48,209 bases of DNA from a virus. Lineage: Duplodnaviria > Caudoviricetes. The position numbers were made by a program, and so were the translations under genes. Location of the stretch: positions 1 through 48,209 of the IMG/VR virus record IMGVR_UViG_3300020358_000010. One strand, written 5' to 3'. This document shows positions 10,665-21,034 of this stretch, one piece after another; the stretch's first letter is position 1, and the number at the start of each line of letters is the position of its first letter. The notes below the pieces were generated by a model, which did not search any database, was not told the DNA's origin, and was given only the letters and a program-made list of their open reading frames with translations.

Positions 10665-11411
10665 CTAACTCAATTGTTTTTCTAAATATTCAAGTTTCTC
10701 AACCCCTTCATCAGATTGAAAGTAAGAAGAAATGACATGCATTGGGTCTTCACCAAACGGTATTGTCAATAATCTTTTTTTGTTTGAAGGTAGATTAAAG
10801 TATACATCTTTATTTTTATTTCTGTACGCTAATAATCTTTCATCAAAACATTTTTGAATTGTAGAATGTAATTTTAAAGAAGGGTCATCTAAAGCTTGTA
10901 GGAATTCTGCAGGATAGTTTCTTGCATAAACCAACATGTCTCTTTTTAACTCAGCAGTAGACATCTTTGTAACGTCTCCTCTAAGAATAACTCTACCTAA
11001 AGATTCCATTTGTTCAATGTTTAATTGTTTTGCTGCAATTAATGCATCCACCTCCACATTCATTAACTCTACTTCTTTAGCTGCATCTTTTGCGGTGTCT
11101 ACCTCTTCAAATTTTACACCATTTAAAGGATGATATGCTAAGAATTTTTGTAAAGCTTGATTTTGTTTTGGAACCCTAAGTAATCCTGATTCAAATACGA
11201 CAGGGGTAACAATTGCGTTACCATCTTGCTCGTCTTTAAAAGGACTCATCTGATTTGTTGCGTATCTAATTTCTCTGTTCTGACCTGTTTCTTCATCGAA
11301 GTAAAGTAATGGTCTACGCTTTGAACTCTTGGAAGGAAGCATGAAACTTAATGGAGCCATACCTCTAGTCAAACGATATATTCGTGACTTAATTTCTTTT
11401 TTGTTTTTCAT
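10665..11411 (-). CDS. Conserved phage protein downstream of the major capsid gene (likely virion/assembly)
   Basis: 248-aa ORF directly after the capsid gene; function not recognised. Confidence 0.55.
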   Translation of the reverse strand: MKNKKEIKSRIYRLTRGMAPLSFMLPSKSSKRRPLLYFDEETGQNREIRYATNQMSPFKDEQDGNAIVTPVVFESGLLRVPKQNQALQKFLAYHPLNGVKFEEVDTAKDAAKEVELMNVEVDALIAAKQLNIEQMESLGRVILRGDVTKMSTAELKRDMLVYARNYPAEFLQALDDPSLKLHSTIQKCFDERLLAYRNKNKDVYFNLPSNKKRLLTIPFGEDPMHVISSYFQSDEGVEKLEYLEKQLS

Positions 11412-11435
11412 TATAATAAAAATTTAATTTGATTT

Positions 11436-11480
11436 AAAAAAAAATAATTACCCTCGCCATTATGACGAGGGTAAATATTA
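11436..11480 (-). terminator. Intrinsic terminator after the major capsid gene
   Basis: TTACCCTCG-ccattatga-CGAGGGTAA inverted repeat with an A-run on the + strand. Confidence 0.8.
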
Positions 11481-11490
11481 CTACCTATTA

Positions 11491-12972
11491 CTACTCTTCG
11501 AATAATACAAAGTTGTTTGCACCCATAACACAAACACATCTTTCTGATAAGAAGTTTACTCTCATCTCGTCAATGTCTGTGGTTGCTGCTCCACCTGCTG
11601 AACCTGTAATCCAAGTCTTGTAACGTCTGTCTTCAGTTTCTGAAGCTCTGTAACGTACATGAAGGAAAGGACGCTTAGCGTTTTTACCAAGTACTTGGTC
11701 ATAAACACTTGTTGAACCTGCCGGTACTAATAAACCTGTGATAGCACCTGAACCTGCAACAACAGGGTTGGTTGTTAAACCACCACGCATTGTTGGGTCG
11801 TTTAGGTACTTCCAATCAGACTTGTAGAAATCGTAACCTCTACGGAATCCTGTGAATCCTAAGTTAAGAGCCATTTCCTCATCGTTGTCAAATAGTCCGT
11901 AAGACGTACCACCTGCTCCGTAAGAGTTCTGTGCTGCTAACATGTCATCAATATCGAATCCAAACTGTCTGTTAACAAATATTACGTTCTCTTCAATAGA
12001 ACCTTGCTTGTCTAGTCTGTCAATTACTGCATCAAAGTCAGCTAAAGCATCAGGGTTTCCACCGCCCCATAAGTTACCTCTTGTTCCTACAGCGTGGAAT
12101 ACACCTTCTGAACCAATGTAACCTGCAGCTGTTGCTCCTGAAGCTGCCTCTGCAGGCACTGCTTCAATCATTGCTGTCTCTAAGTAATCATCGAAACGTA
12201 AACGAGTTTCGTGCTCAGACTTTAGGTACCATAAGTAACCTGAAGCACCATCTTCTGTTGTAATTTCAATCCATCCTATTTGAGCCATATCAGAACCATT
12301 TACTAGATATGTATCTTTTAAGATAATTGGATTGTTTTCAAAGATGTAGTCATCAGATTCTAATGAACCATCCATTCCTGCTGTTCCTTTTTGGAACTCA
12401 GAACCATATATAAATACAGTTACATCACCGTTACCAACTCCTGTTCCTGCTGTTACTAAACCTGCAGCCTCATAGAAAGCTACAGAGAATTGTAAGATGT
12501 TACCACCAACAGCTACTGCTGTGATAATACCTTTGTTCTCACCTGTACCACCATTTTGATTAATCACAACAGTTTGACCAACTCTAAGAGCCGGTGCACC
12601 TTGTGCGTCAAAAGGATTGCTTCCTGTGATTACAGTACCTACAGGGTTTGCACCTATAGCTGAATCATTGATTTGAAACGTTGCTGCGTTAGCACCTGCT
12701 GCTGCGGCTGTTCCAACATCTGTATATTTAATATGTAATCTTCCTTGTTCTGCCCATTTGATGAGGTCAGAATTAGAAGGCATCTCAGCTCCTACCATTC
12801 TTAAGAATGAGCTAAGGGTTCTGTTTCCATAACGTTCAAATTCTTTCTCGTAAGTATCCGGAAGATACTGATTTAAGAAATCAAAGTTAGTAATATAATT
12901 CGACTCCAATGGAACCTTCTGAGCACTTGGCTGTAAAGAAAATCCCGGAGTTGCGTTTAAAGCTCCTGCCAT
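11491..12972 (-). CDS. Major capsid protein
   Basis: 493 aa; QYLPD.YEKEFERYG, IKWAEQGRLH, GFRRG.YDFYKSDWKYLND and FLSERC motifs; follows portal and scaffold and is followed by a terminator. Confidence 0.85.
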   Translation of the reverse strand: MAGALNATPGFSLQPSAQKVPLESNYITNFDFLNQYLPDTYEKEFERYGNRTLSSFLRMVGAEMPSNSDLIKWAEQGRLHIKYTDVGTAAAAGANAATFQINDSAIGANPVGTVITGSNPFDAQGAPALRVGQTVVINQNGGTGENKGIITAVAVGGNILQFSVAFYEAAGLVTAGTGVGNGDVTVFIYGSEFQKGTAGMDGSLESDDYIFENNPIILKDTYLVNGSDMAQIGWIEITTEDGASGYLWYLKSEHETRLRFDDYLETAMIEAVPAEAASGATAAGYIGSEGVFHAVGTRGNLWGGGNPDALADFDAVIDRLDKQGSIEENVIFVNRQFGFDIDDMLAAQNSYGAGGTSYGLFDNDEEMALNLGFTGFRRGYDFYKSDWKYLNDPTMRGGLTTNPVVAGSGAITGLLVPAGSTSVYDQVLGKNAKRPFLHVRYRASETEDRRYKTWITGSAGGAATTDIDEMRVNFLSERCVCVMGANNFVLFEE

Positions 12973-12991
12973 TTTTTTAAATTTTTAATTA

Positions 12992-14125
12992 TTAATTATT
13001 TTTATTGCTTCTAATTTTAAGCCCTCTCCCGTCACTTGGGTTGATTGCTCTAATTGTCATACCATCCTTCTTTGTAACTTGAGGTGCATTCCTCGTAGAC
13101 ATATTAACATTTTTCATTTTCTTTGTTACATCTGTCGTTCCATCAGCTTGACCCTGTTCGTAAAAGAACTTAGCAAACCTTTCAGGATTTTGAGCAACCG
13201 AAACTGCTCTGTGGTATCCTTCTGCGTCAGACACTAAACCTGTTTCTTCATCAACAAACCTTTTAAATAAGTTTGATGAATCAGAATTCAAGCGTTTAAT
13301 TTCCTCCACATTCTTTGTAGGCAAAAAAGTTACTGTCTTATCTTCCCCAACCTTAAAGTCAAAACCTTTGAACTCATTGTGGAAAACATCCTCGGTCTTA
13401 TTTAAGAACCAATCTCTTTTTCTTTTTGCTTCTTCATCGAATGTGTTAGCATCCTTCACATATGTATTGTAAGCTTCGAGTTGTTCTTTTTGCTCCTGAG
13501 AAAAAGTTGCCGTACTTGACTCAAGTGGCTCTTTGTACATCTCTTTTTGCGAATTGAAAAACTTTTTGGCTTTACCAATCTCTTTTTTAAAAGCTACTTT
13601 CTTTTTCTTAATTACATTTTCCTCATCAAGGTCTGCATCATAACTAAAGTCATCCATCATATAATCAATGTCTTCAGCATCTAATGCATCTTCTGTTGCG
13701 GAATAGTATTCTCTAAGAAGTTGCTTTTCGTCCATAGCTCCAAAGTCTCTATTCAACTTTGAATAGTCTGCGAAACTACGTCCTGTTTGTTTTCTGTACT
13801 CTAAATATGCCGCAACGTCTTCAGGAATTTCTGTGTTTGCTTCTTTAGTGGCAAACAAATCCTCAAACGATGTAACATCTTTATTGTATCTATTCTTAAT
13901 AAATGAAAGAACGTCCTCCTCTTTTAACTCTGAAGGCTGAACAATACTTTCTTCAGTGGCTTCTGCAGACTCTGTAGGTATAGTAGTTTCCTCTTGTGAA
14001 ACTACAGATACTTCAGGCTGCTCTGCTGCCCCTGTGTTGTTAGCAGCCTTATCTAAAACCGCTTCTTCTTTTTGAGCCATAGATTTTTCATCTATAGACC
14101 CAAGGTCTCTTACTTTAATTTCCAT
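12992..14125 (-). CDS. Putative capsid scaffolding protein
   Basis: Very acidic, helical 377-aa protein between portal and capsid genes, with a basic C-terminal tail. Confidence 0.65.
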   Translation of the reverse strand: MEIKVRDLGSIDEKSMAQKEEAVLDKAANNTGAAEQPEVSVVSQEETTIPTESAEATEESIVQPSELKEEDVLSFIKNRYNKDVTSFEDLFATKEANTEIPEDVAAYLEYRKQTGRSFADYSKLNRDFGAMDEKQLLREYYSATEDALDAEDIDYMMDDFSYDADLDEENVIKKKKVAFKKEIGKAKKFFNSQKEMYKEPLESSTATFSQEQKEQLEAYNTYVKDANTFDEEAKRKRDWFLNKTEDVFHNEFKGFDFKVGEDKTVTFLPTKNVEEIKRLNSDSSNLFKRFVDEETGLVSDAEGYHRAVSVAQNPERFAKFFYEQGQADGTTDVTKKMKNVNMSTRNAPQVTKKDGMTIRAINPSDGRGLKIRSNKNN

Positions 14126-14176
14126 TTGATTTAATTTTTAACAAAGTTAATAAATATTTTTCGTTCAAATTATTTA

Positions 14177-16612
14177 CTATCTTGGGTCGAACTCTGCTAG
14201 GTCAAACCCATCTAAGCTATCTTCATTTGATTCGAAATTTTTAGGTGGAAGATTATTCTTCCTTTGATTTATAAGCTGTGATTGCTCAGTATTTTGCTGT
14301 GATATTCTTTTGCCCTTAGCAGTCTCTCTTTGAGTCTCCCTACCTTGCAATGCATTTTCAGTCATACCATGTAACTGCAGATTGTAATTAAACTCTTCTG
14401 CCATTAACATCTTCTTTAAACCTGCTTCGTTGTTCATTTTCTCAATCTCAAACGCTATCTCAGCCTGCTTCAGTTGCATCTTGCTTTCCATTTCCATTTG
14501 TGCTTTCTGCATATCAGCTTGAGACTTAGCTTGTACAATTTGCATTTGCTGTTGAGAAGCTGCCTCTTGTTGCTGCATTTTCATTTTCTGCTCTTGCTCT
14601 TGCTTTTGCTTACGCTTTAATTTTAATAATTGATTAGCAAGCTTTAAGTTTTTTAATTCTCTTATGTCAATTGCATCTTCTAGATTGATATCGTTTTTAG
14701 ATAATGCCATTTGAATGTTTTGCTCTAGCTGAGCCTTTTGCTCTTCATCGGGTGCAACGTCTATAAATATACCAAAGTCATATATGTATAAATCTGATAT
14801 GTCATTTAGTATGCTAACATTATATTTTCCAATTTTATTAATGAAGTCATCTTTAAAGTCAGAGTATTCTAAAATATCTCCAACTCTATATGTTAATGCT
14901 TCTGATAATGTTCTATAAATATATAGTGCACCATCAAGTATATGTCTAGTTGCTACGTTAGAATTTAATGCCGCTAACTTTTGTAGCCCAACTAAAGAAT
15001 TAGGGTCAGGTGAAGAAGCATCTCTTGCTTCATTCAATCCTGTCACTTGCCTAATCATACCTAGGTAGTGATTATAATTGGCGATAAGCATTTGTGTTTT
15101 TCCTGAACCTGAACTAGTAGTTAATTCTTTTATAGGAACCTTACCTTGATTGTAATCTCCTTCTTGAGTATAACTTCTACCAATAACAGAACCTGTTTGA
15201 AAATATAATCTTAAAGCATCTTCAGGATTATACGCACCACCGGTACCTAGGTCAACTTCATTTAAACCATCTGCATCAATATAAACACCATCAGGCACAA
15301 CTCTAGCAATTACTTGTTGTAACTTTAAATGTGTAATCTGAATTAAATCTGCAAACGGAATCATTCGTCTAACTAAAGATTCTATATTTCCTTTATACAT
15401 TCTTGGTGCTACTGCTACATAATTAGGAATAGCATGTTGACTAGCTGATTTGGGTCTTACCATGTTCTTGGCTAACTCCCATTTTAAAACAATGGTGGTT
15501 CCCATAACCATAACACCTTCGTACCATACGTCAATAGTCTTTTCAATTTTTTCAAAGTTTCCATCTTCCATTACTTCAACAGGTGGATTGAATTGGTCAT
15601 CCTTTTCGATAACCTTACTACCTCCTGTTGCCATAATTTTTTTCTTGTATACTATTTTTTTTGTAGTCTTATAGTTAAAATACAAAAGAGTACAGGTATC
15701 TCTTGTAAACATATCATTCTCATAATACTGAGCCACGTTGTAATAGTCAGACCAATTTTGACTATACTTACTAATCTCTTCTAAATCTTCATTTGTTAAG
15801 GAAGGGTCAATCTTCATTAATTCAATAATGGGTAATGTCTTTACTTCACCCCAATAGAAACAATCTTTAAAGTGTGGGTCTTCTGTATAACTATAAACAA
15901 CATTAGCAGGGTCAACATAAGATACCTCGACACCTGAGCCTAATAAAAACTCATGTTTAGCTATACCAATTCCTAATACTGTAATATCATAGTCACATCT
16001 TTTTCTTAAATCAATATAATGATTCTCTTCAAAGATAGTATTAATAGCCTCTTCATTAGCTATTTCTATTGAGGGCTTATAATTAATTTGCATGTATAAT
16101 GAAAGTTCCTCATCTGTTTGAGGAAGTTGGTCAGGGCTAACGGTAAAAGGGTCAAAGCCTGATTGCTTTTGAACGTCTAACAAGAAGTCTTTAGAAACCA
16201 TCTGTGCCTCTACCATGTCTTGATACTTACTCCTTTTAGATTGAGACATTGCATCTTGAGCATAGGCTTTTACTTTGAATAATCTATCAGACATCCCGTT
16301 TACAACTATATCTACAAATTTAGGAATAATAGGAACAGGTGTCCAATCTAAGTTTAAGTAACTTAAATCTCCATCTACTGCTATTTCATTCTTATATTTT
16401 GCTACTGACTGCTCACCCCTTGCGTATAAACGCAGTCTGTGAAAGTTACGGAATTGATTGTAGAATCTACAACCTGAACCATCCCTTCTAAACCACTCAT
16501 ATTGTATGGCTTGACCTATTTGTAATCCATACTCCTTAGTTTCCTTTTCAGCGTCAGATACAAATTGACTTGGGAAAGCTGCAGATTTTATATTTACCTT
16601 TACATCTTTCAT
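14177..16612 (-). CDS. Portal protein
   Basis: 811 aa; LDWTPVPIIPKFVDIVVNG, SLVRRMIPFADLIQ and TGLNEARD motifs plus a long Gln-rich C-terminal coiled-coil barrel; overlaps the terminase stop. Confidence 0.88.
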   Translation of the reverse strand: MKDVKVNIKSAAFPSQFVSDAEKETKEYGLQIGQAIQYEWFRRDGSGCRFYNQFRNFHRLRLYARGEQSVAKYKNEIAVDGDLSYLNLDWTPVPIIPKFVDIVVNGMSDRLFKVKAYAQDAMSQSKRSKYQDMVEAQMVSKDFLLDVQKQSGFDPFTVSPDQLPQTDEELSLYMQINYKPSIEIANEEAINTIFEENHYIDLRKRCDYDITVLGIGIAKHEFLLGSGVEVSYVDPANVVYSYTEDPHFKDCFYWGEVKTLPIIELMKIDPSLTNEDLEEISKYSQNWSDYYNVAQYYENDMFTRDTCTLLYFNYKTTKKIVYKKKIMATGGSKVIEKDDQFNPPVEVMEDGNFEKIEKTIDVWYEGVMVMGTTIVLKWELAKNMVRPKSASQHAIPNYVAVAPRMYKGNIESLVRRMIPFADLIQITHLKLQQVIARVVPDGVYIDADGLNEVDLGTGGAYNPEDALRLYFQTGSVIGRSYTQEGDYNQGKVPIKELTTSSGSGKTQMLIANYNHYLGMIRQVTGLNEARDASSPDPNSLVGLQKLAALNSNVATRHILDGALYIYRTLSEALTYRVGDILEYSDFKDDFINKIGKYNVSILNDISDLYIYDFGIFIDVAPDEEQKAQLEQNIQMALSKNDINLEDAIDIRELKNLKLANQLLKLKRKQKQEQEQKMKMQQQEAASQQQMQIVQAKSQADMQKAQMEMESKMQLKQAEIAFEIEKMNNEAGLKKMLMAEEFNYNLQLHGMTENALQGRETQRETAKGKRISQQNTEQSQLINQRKNNLPPKNFESNEDSLDGFDLAEFDPR

Positions 16613-18831
16613 CTAATTATTTCGCTTTTTATGCCGGTATTAGTATACCTTGCAAAGTTAAGTTTTATTTTTGACTCTTTTCTTTCAGTTACATATAAGT
16701 GTTTTTGACATGCCATTATAGCTAAACCTGAACTAATACTAGCGTCATACTTGGTTCTATTGTTAATATCAAATTTTGCCCAATCAGTTATAGTCCTGTT
16801 GAATGGCATAGTTCCCATTTCATCAGCAGGTCTAAAAACAGATTCAAAATCTAATCCTATATATTTTTCTATGTATGACTCTATGGCAGAAGCATGTGCT
16901 TGCTTAACACCCTCACTTGTGTTTGGTATACCACCTAATTCTTTTTCAGTCTTCGATAGTTTATTAAATTGTTTATCGGGTCTATTGATACAGTATTTTC
17001 TATAGCCTCTATTTTTAAAATGATACAACAAGCGAGGTTTGTTATTTTCTACCAATATAGGCATTCCATAAAAAACACAAGCCATCAACACATCTTCAAA
17101 GAATATCTCAGCTGTTTGAGGTCTAGCTACATACTCTAGAAAAAATTCATTGCTAGGGGCATCATCCATATTAAACTTGGTTAAACCATGTAGTGCTCCG
17201 TTAGAGCCTCCGCCTCCTACTACTCCGCTAATATCATATGAGTCACAACCAAAAGCACCTAGGTGTTCATTGCCGGGGTATTTTTTCCCATTTTTTTGAA
17301 GAGCATTGTTTTGAATATTAGATGATGGTAGCCAAGAAATATTAAACCTACCTTTAGAATCAGGAACCCAAATAACTTTAGAATCTTTTATACCGTTCTC
17401 CCATATAAATTTACCTCTTGTTATGTGATGTTCTTTAATCATAGAATCATTATAATCTATTTGCTGATATAGTTTAGTAAGATTAAATATAGATTGTTTA
17501 CTTTCATCTCTAAATGCATGAGACTCAGTACGAGGGAACTGTCTGTAGTATTCGTTCAGTGCGTCTGCATCTCCCTTTAAAGAGTCTACTTCTGCTTGCC
17601 AATAATCAATAGCACCTTGGTGAATCATTTCACCATCTATGCCTTCAACTTCATGAGCAGGATTTTCTAAGACAGGCATTCCGTACCTATCTATAAAGCC
17701 TTCCATGTTCCACTCCATTGGAATAAAAAGTGAATACATACCGCTTTTGGTTTGACCATTGGCATTGCGGTTTCTTACATCAGAGTCTTCATATAATTTT
17801 TTAAAGTTACTACCACCTTTATCTAGGGCGTTTGATGTAGAACCCATCATGCATTTTCCAACTACTCTACTACCTAAACGCAAACAAGTTTTAGTAACCC
17901 TCCAATTATTTAATATGTTGTTTGGCTTAACCCACTTTCCGCTTTCATCATGTACTAATAATAATAGTTTTTCTCCATCATAAGAGTTGTCATCTGTGTT
18001 TTTCCAATCAATAGTAGTGTCTAGTCCTTCCATATCATCATTAAACACTTCATGCATATTTTTCTTTGTAATCTTCGATGCAGGGATTCTAAACGCTAAT
18101 TCAGTTTTAGGTTTATCCATACCATCCATGATAGGTTTAAAGAAAAATGGTAGCCTGCTATTTATAGGAACAACCTTATCAGTAAACATCTTCTTAGCAT
18201 CGGAACCGGTCTTAGATAAGATACCTATCCTCGCATCTTTTGCTAAAGTAGCTGTGTTAATGCACTCAGCTGAACCCATAAAAGAAAACCCTGAACGTCT
18301 TATTTTTAAATACACCATTCCAAAACTTCTAGAATCTGCTTTGCAAGCCTCCCAATATATAAACAAGGCTCTGTTTGCTTCTCTAAAATCAGGAGAACCG
18401 ACATCAATTTTTGTCCATTGAAGATACATGTAATGAGAACCCGTTATATATGTAGGTACACCTCTATTGAGAAACCAAAAACCATCTTCTCTATAATCAA
18501 ATTCTTTTTCAATATAATCTACATATTGGTCTTTAAAAGAGTTGGGCATTTCATTCCATTGAAATATAGATTTTATTTTTTCTAAATTAGTTGGTAGTTC
18601 TTTTTTTTCCCAATACTGATTTAGTTTGTTTGTGTGTCTTGAATCAACCTCTTTAGGTTTTTTAGGTAAGGCTATTTTGAAGTTAGAGATTTCTATTACG
18701 TTTCCTATTTGACCATTGCGAGATATAATAACTACATCATATTTCTTGTTGTACCCGTAAAGCCAACTGCGTCCTCTGTTTTTATTTGAGAGTACGTTTT
18801 TAGGTATGTAATTTTTTAACTCCTTTATCAT
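16609..18831 (-). CDS. Terminase large subunit
   Basis: Walker A-like KIRRSGFS, Walker B LLVHDESGK, motif C GST, RNase H-like FGCDSYD and YDASIS. Confidence 0.9.
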   Translation of the reverse strand: MIKELKNYIPKNVLSNKNRGRSWLYGYNKKYDVVIISRNGQIGNVIEISNFKIALPKKPKEVDSRHTNKLNQYWEKKELPTNLEKIKSIFQWNEMPNSFKDQYVDYIEKEFDYREDGFWFLNRGVPTYITGSHYMYLQWTKIDVGSPDFREANRALFIYWEACKADSRSFGMVYLKIRRSGFSFMGSAECINTATLAKDARIGILSKTGSDAKKMFTDKVVPINSRLPFFFKPIMDGMDKPKTELAFRIPASKITKKNMHEVFNDDMEGLDTTIDWKNTDDNSYDGEKLLLLVHDESGKWVKPNNILNNWRVTKTCLRLGSRVVGKCMMGSTSNALDKGGSNFKKLYEDSDVRNRNANGQTKSGMYSLFIPMEWNMEGFIDRYGMPVLENPAHEVEGIDGEMIHQGAIDYWQAEVDSLKGDADALNEYYRQFPRTESHAFRDESKQSIFNLTKLYQQIDYNDSMIKEHHITRGKFIWENGIKDSKVIWVPDSKGRFNISWLPSSNIQNNALQKNGKKYPGNEHLGAFGCDSYDISGVVGGGGSNGALHGLTKFNMDDAPSNEFFLEYVARPQTAEIFFEDVLMACVFYGMPILVENNKPRLLYHFKNRGYRKYCINRPDKQFNKLSKTEKELGGIPNTSEGVKQAHASAIESYIEKYIGLDFESVFRPADEMGTMPFNRTITDWAKFDINNRTKYDASISSGLAIMACQKHLYVTERKESKIKLNFARYTNTGIKSEIIR

Positions 18832-19100
18832 TTAGAACGTCTTTCAGCAAAGCCTTGTTTTGTCATGGGCTTAGATTGTCCCATAGATATAGCTTCCTTC
18901 TCTGCTTCAATTTTAGTTAGTATCTCAAAAGCATCCATGATGCATAACTTTTTAGTAGCAGCTGCATTTTTTAATCTATCTGCTGACAAGTCGTCTTCAG
19001 GGTTGTGTTTTATAATATCTTCTTTAGCAACTTTAATAAGTTGTTCCACAGCTCTGTACCCTGCTTGAATTATTTTTAATTTAGTTTCTTGAAGATTCAT
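18828..19100 (-). CDS. Small helical protein, candidate terminase small subunit
   Basis: Likely start is ATG at 19100 (MNLQETKLKII...); overlaps the terL start; ends KQGFAERRSK. Function inferred from position only. Confidence 0.5.
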   Translation of the reverse strand: MNLQETKLKIIQAGYRAVEQLIKVAKEDIIKHNPEDDLSADRLKNAAATKKLCIMDAFEILTKIEAEKEAISMGQSKPMTKQGFAERRSK

Positions 19101-19656
19101 ATGCAATAATATTTTTAGACCTAATCCTGTAAAGTTTTTGTTCGTTAAACTTAAATTCATATTCTGAATCGGGCATAAACGTAACTATATCTCCCTTCTT
19201 AATACCATGTTTTTCAATAGAATCACATGTGTATTCCATCACACCCATTAAAGGTTCGTCAGAAAAAGGTTTGTATATATATGTTTCTGTAGCAGGTAAT
19301 GGAGCAACAAAACAAAAAGGCTCTACAGCATACCACTTTGAATTATTTTTGTACATATAGTATTGAGTCTCGTCAATAAAAAACTTATTGTCTTTAAAAA
19401 AACTCTTACCACTTTGTCTCCTTCCATACATGTCGTTATAATATTTAAAAACATTGTGATGAACTAAGAGCGTGTCCCCTTTAGTGATGGGTCCGATATA
19501 GTTAATAGGTGTGCTTAATACAACAGCTTCACGATTTGAAAAAGAAGCTGACTCCTCAGAAGTATCTAGGATTATTTCTAAACCTTCAATGGTTTTTACA
19601 TTGTCATACCTTCTGTTATTAGAAGGGGTAACAATGAATTGATTGGGTGATTGCAT
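19081..19656 (-). CDS. GroES-like protein with two tandem GroES-like domains
   Basis: Repeat 1 FIVTP...KTIEGLEII...AVVLSTP...ITKGDTLLVHH; repeat 2 FCFVAP...GVMEY...GIKKGDIVTF..DSEYEF.FNEQKLYRIRSKNIIA. Confidence 0.6.
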   Translation of the reverse strand: MQSPNQFIVTPSNNRRYDNVKTIEGLEIILDTSEESASFSNREAVVLSTPINYIGPITKGDTLLVHHNVFKYYNDMYGRRQSGKSFFKDNKFFIDETQYYMYKNNSKWYAVEPFCFVAPLPATETYIYKPFSDEPLMGVMEYTCDSIEKHGIKKGDIVTFMPDSEYEFKFNEQKLYRIRSKNIIAYESSRN

Positions 19657-19661
19657 TTAAT

Positions 19662-19892
19662 TTAAAAATTAATATTATATTCTAAGGATATAGGCATTGT
19701 TGAGTTAAATTGCTTCCACAATAAAACTTCATTCTCAATAGAATCTTCTATATAAATTTGATAATTATCATCTTCCTCACTAAACTTAATTAAATGTATA
19801 GTGTAGTTTCCTCCAAGAACCTGTTGACCAACAAGGTAATGCATGGCTCCGGATTTATAGTCAGGACCTACTGAGATTTTTCTAATGTCCAT
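19662..19892 (-). CDS. Conserved hypothetical phage protein
   Basis: 76-aa ORF with its own -7 box at 19911-19918. Confidence 0.65.
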   Translation of the reverse strand: MDIRKISVGPDYKSGAMHYLVGQQVLGGNYTIHLIKFSEEDDNYQIYIEDSIENEVLLWKQFNSTMPISLEYNINF

Positions 19893-19921
19893 TTTAAATT
19901 TGATTTAAAACAAAGATAGGT

Positions 19922-19952
19922 AAAAAAAAATACCCCTGAAAACAGGGGTATT
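19922..19952 (-). terminator. Intrinsic terminator
   Basis: AATACCCCTG-aaaa-CAGGGGTATT perfect hairpin with a 9-A run on the + strand. Confidence 0.85.
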
Positions 19953-19959
19953 ATACGAA

Positions 19960-20041
19960 GGGGGTGTAGCTACTACAAACGCAACGAATGCGTCATGCAA
20001 ACAGAGCACCCGACAAACGGGTATTACACACATAAACCCCC
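19960..20041. ncRNA. Candidate GC-rich multibranched RNA in the 3' UTR of the 20048..21034 gene
   Basis: Closing stem GGGGGT/ACCCCC enclosing three hairpins: TGTAG/CTACA, ACGCA/TGCGT and ACCCG/CGGGT. Confidence 0.4.
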
Positions 20042-20047
20042 AATTTT

Positions 20048-21034
20048 TTATACGGGTCTTCTACTAATATTTGGAGAATGACCTTCTGCTATCACACATT
20101 TTTGAACTAATCCACTAGAGGTACCCTGATAAACCAATGTAACAGGCTCTGATGGTTCTCCAAATAAATAAGGTACGGTGTGATTTGTTAATGTAAAGTC
20201 AGGGTTAACAACTCCAATAACAAATCTCATTACTATTTTATTAGAAAGTCTTACATCCCCTCCTATGTCCCAAGGAGTGTTAGTGTTGTATACTCCGTTT
20301 TGTGAATTATAAGTAGGTCTAACAGCGTTCCTTATTTTATTTTTTGTCAAATCAATTCCGTTGGGATAATCTAGGTCAGTAATTGCATCAAACGGTAGAT
20401 TTTGAGGTACTAAAAATTGACATTGATTAAACGGAACTTGTATGTATGTAGTTTCTCTTAAGGTTGGGTCTGAGAAATCAGCAGTAGCTCCTGTTGCTAG
20501 TATTTTTAATTCGGTAGCTATATCCCATTCTGTTACAATATCAGGGTATGTTGAATTATTTCCTGTAGTTGGGTCAACTCCTTCTTGAGAACCATTACCC
20601 CAATTAGTATTTCCAAATTTTGTTGTCGTGTATGCTCCGTTAAGATGAGATGGATGTGTCCAACCTCCCTTTCTTTTTGGATAAGTAGATGCATAATCAG
20701 TAGTAAGCTTATTTGGTTTTTTAGTATACACAAAAAGCCTTGCTCCCTTAGCAGGGTCTAACCATGATTCATTAGCTCCGACAAGTCCCCTTATACAGAG
20801 TTGATGATTTAATCCCCAATCTTCGTCAGGACTTACGCCTGCTGTAAATTTTCTTTTTATAACAAACATCTCAGGTGTAGGTATTCCACTGCCCCCTCCT
20901 GCTCCTATGTAACTAGCTAATCCATCAACAGTAATATTTTTTGTAGCATCTTCAGGAGTACCTGTTGTCTGTGATACAATTATTTTATCGTCTCCCTTTG
21001 GAGTTACAATTGGATATGTTGCTATCTTTCCCAT
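20048..21034 (-). CDS. Putative fibre/virion-attached protein with an unrecognised C-terminal domain
   Basis: N-terminus MGKIATYP....DDKII.S......TKNITVDGLASYI resembles phage fibre attachment segments, followed by a GAGGGSG linker. Confidence 0.45.
   Translation of the reverse strand: MGKIATYPIVTPKGDDKIIVSQTTGTPEDATKNITVDGLASYIGAGGGSGIPTPEMFVIKRKFTAGVSPDEDWGLNHQLCIRGLVGANESWLDPAKGARLFVYTKKPNKLTTDYASTYPKRKGGWTHPSHLNGAYTTTKFGNTNWGNGSQEGVDPTTGNNSTYPDIVTEWDIATELKILATGATADFSDPTLRETTYIQVPFNQCQFLVPQNLPFDAITDLDYPNGIDLTKNKIRNAVRPTYNSQNGVYNTNTPWDIGGDVRLSNKIVMRFVIGVVNPDFTLTNHTVPYLFGEPSEPVTLVYQGTSSGLVQKCVIAEGHSPNISRRPV

Noticed and set aside
16609-18831. Intein or intron in terminase or primase
   Set aside because: Motifs are contiguous and no splice-junction or homing-endonuclease motifs were seen.
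19906-20028. Short minus-strand ORF (MCVIPVCRVL...) across the GC-rich element
   Set aside because: It runs through a clear terminator and promoter box and has atypical composition.
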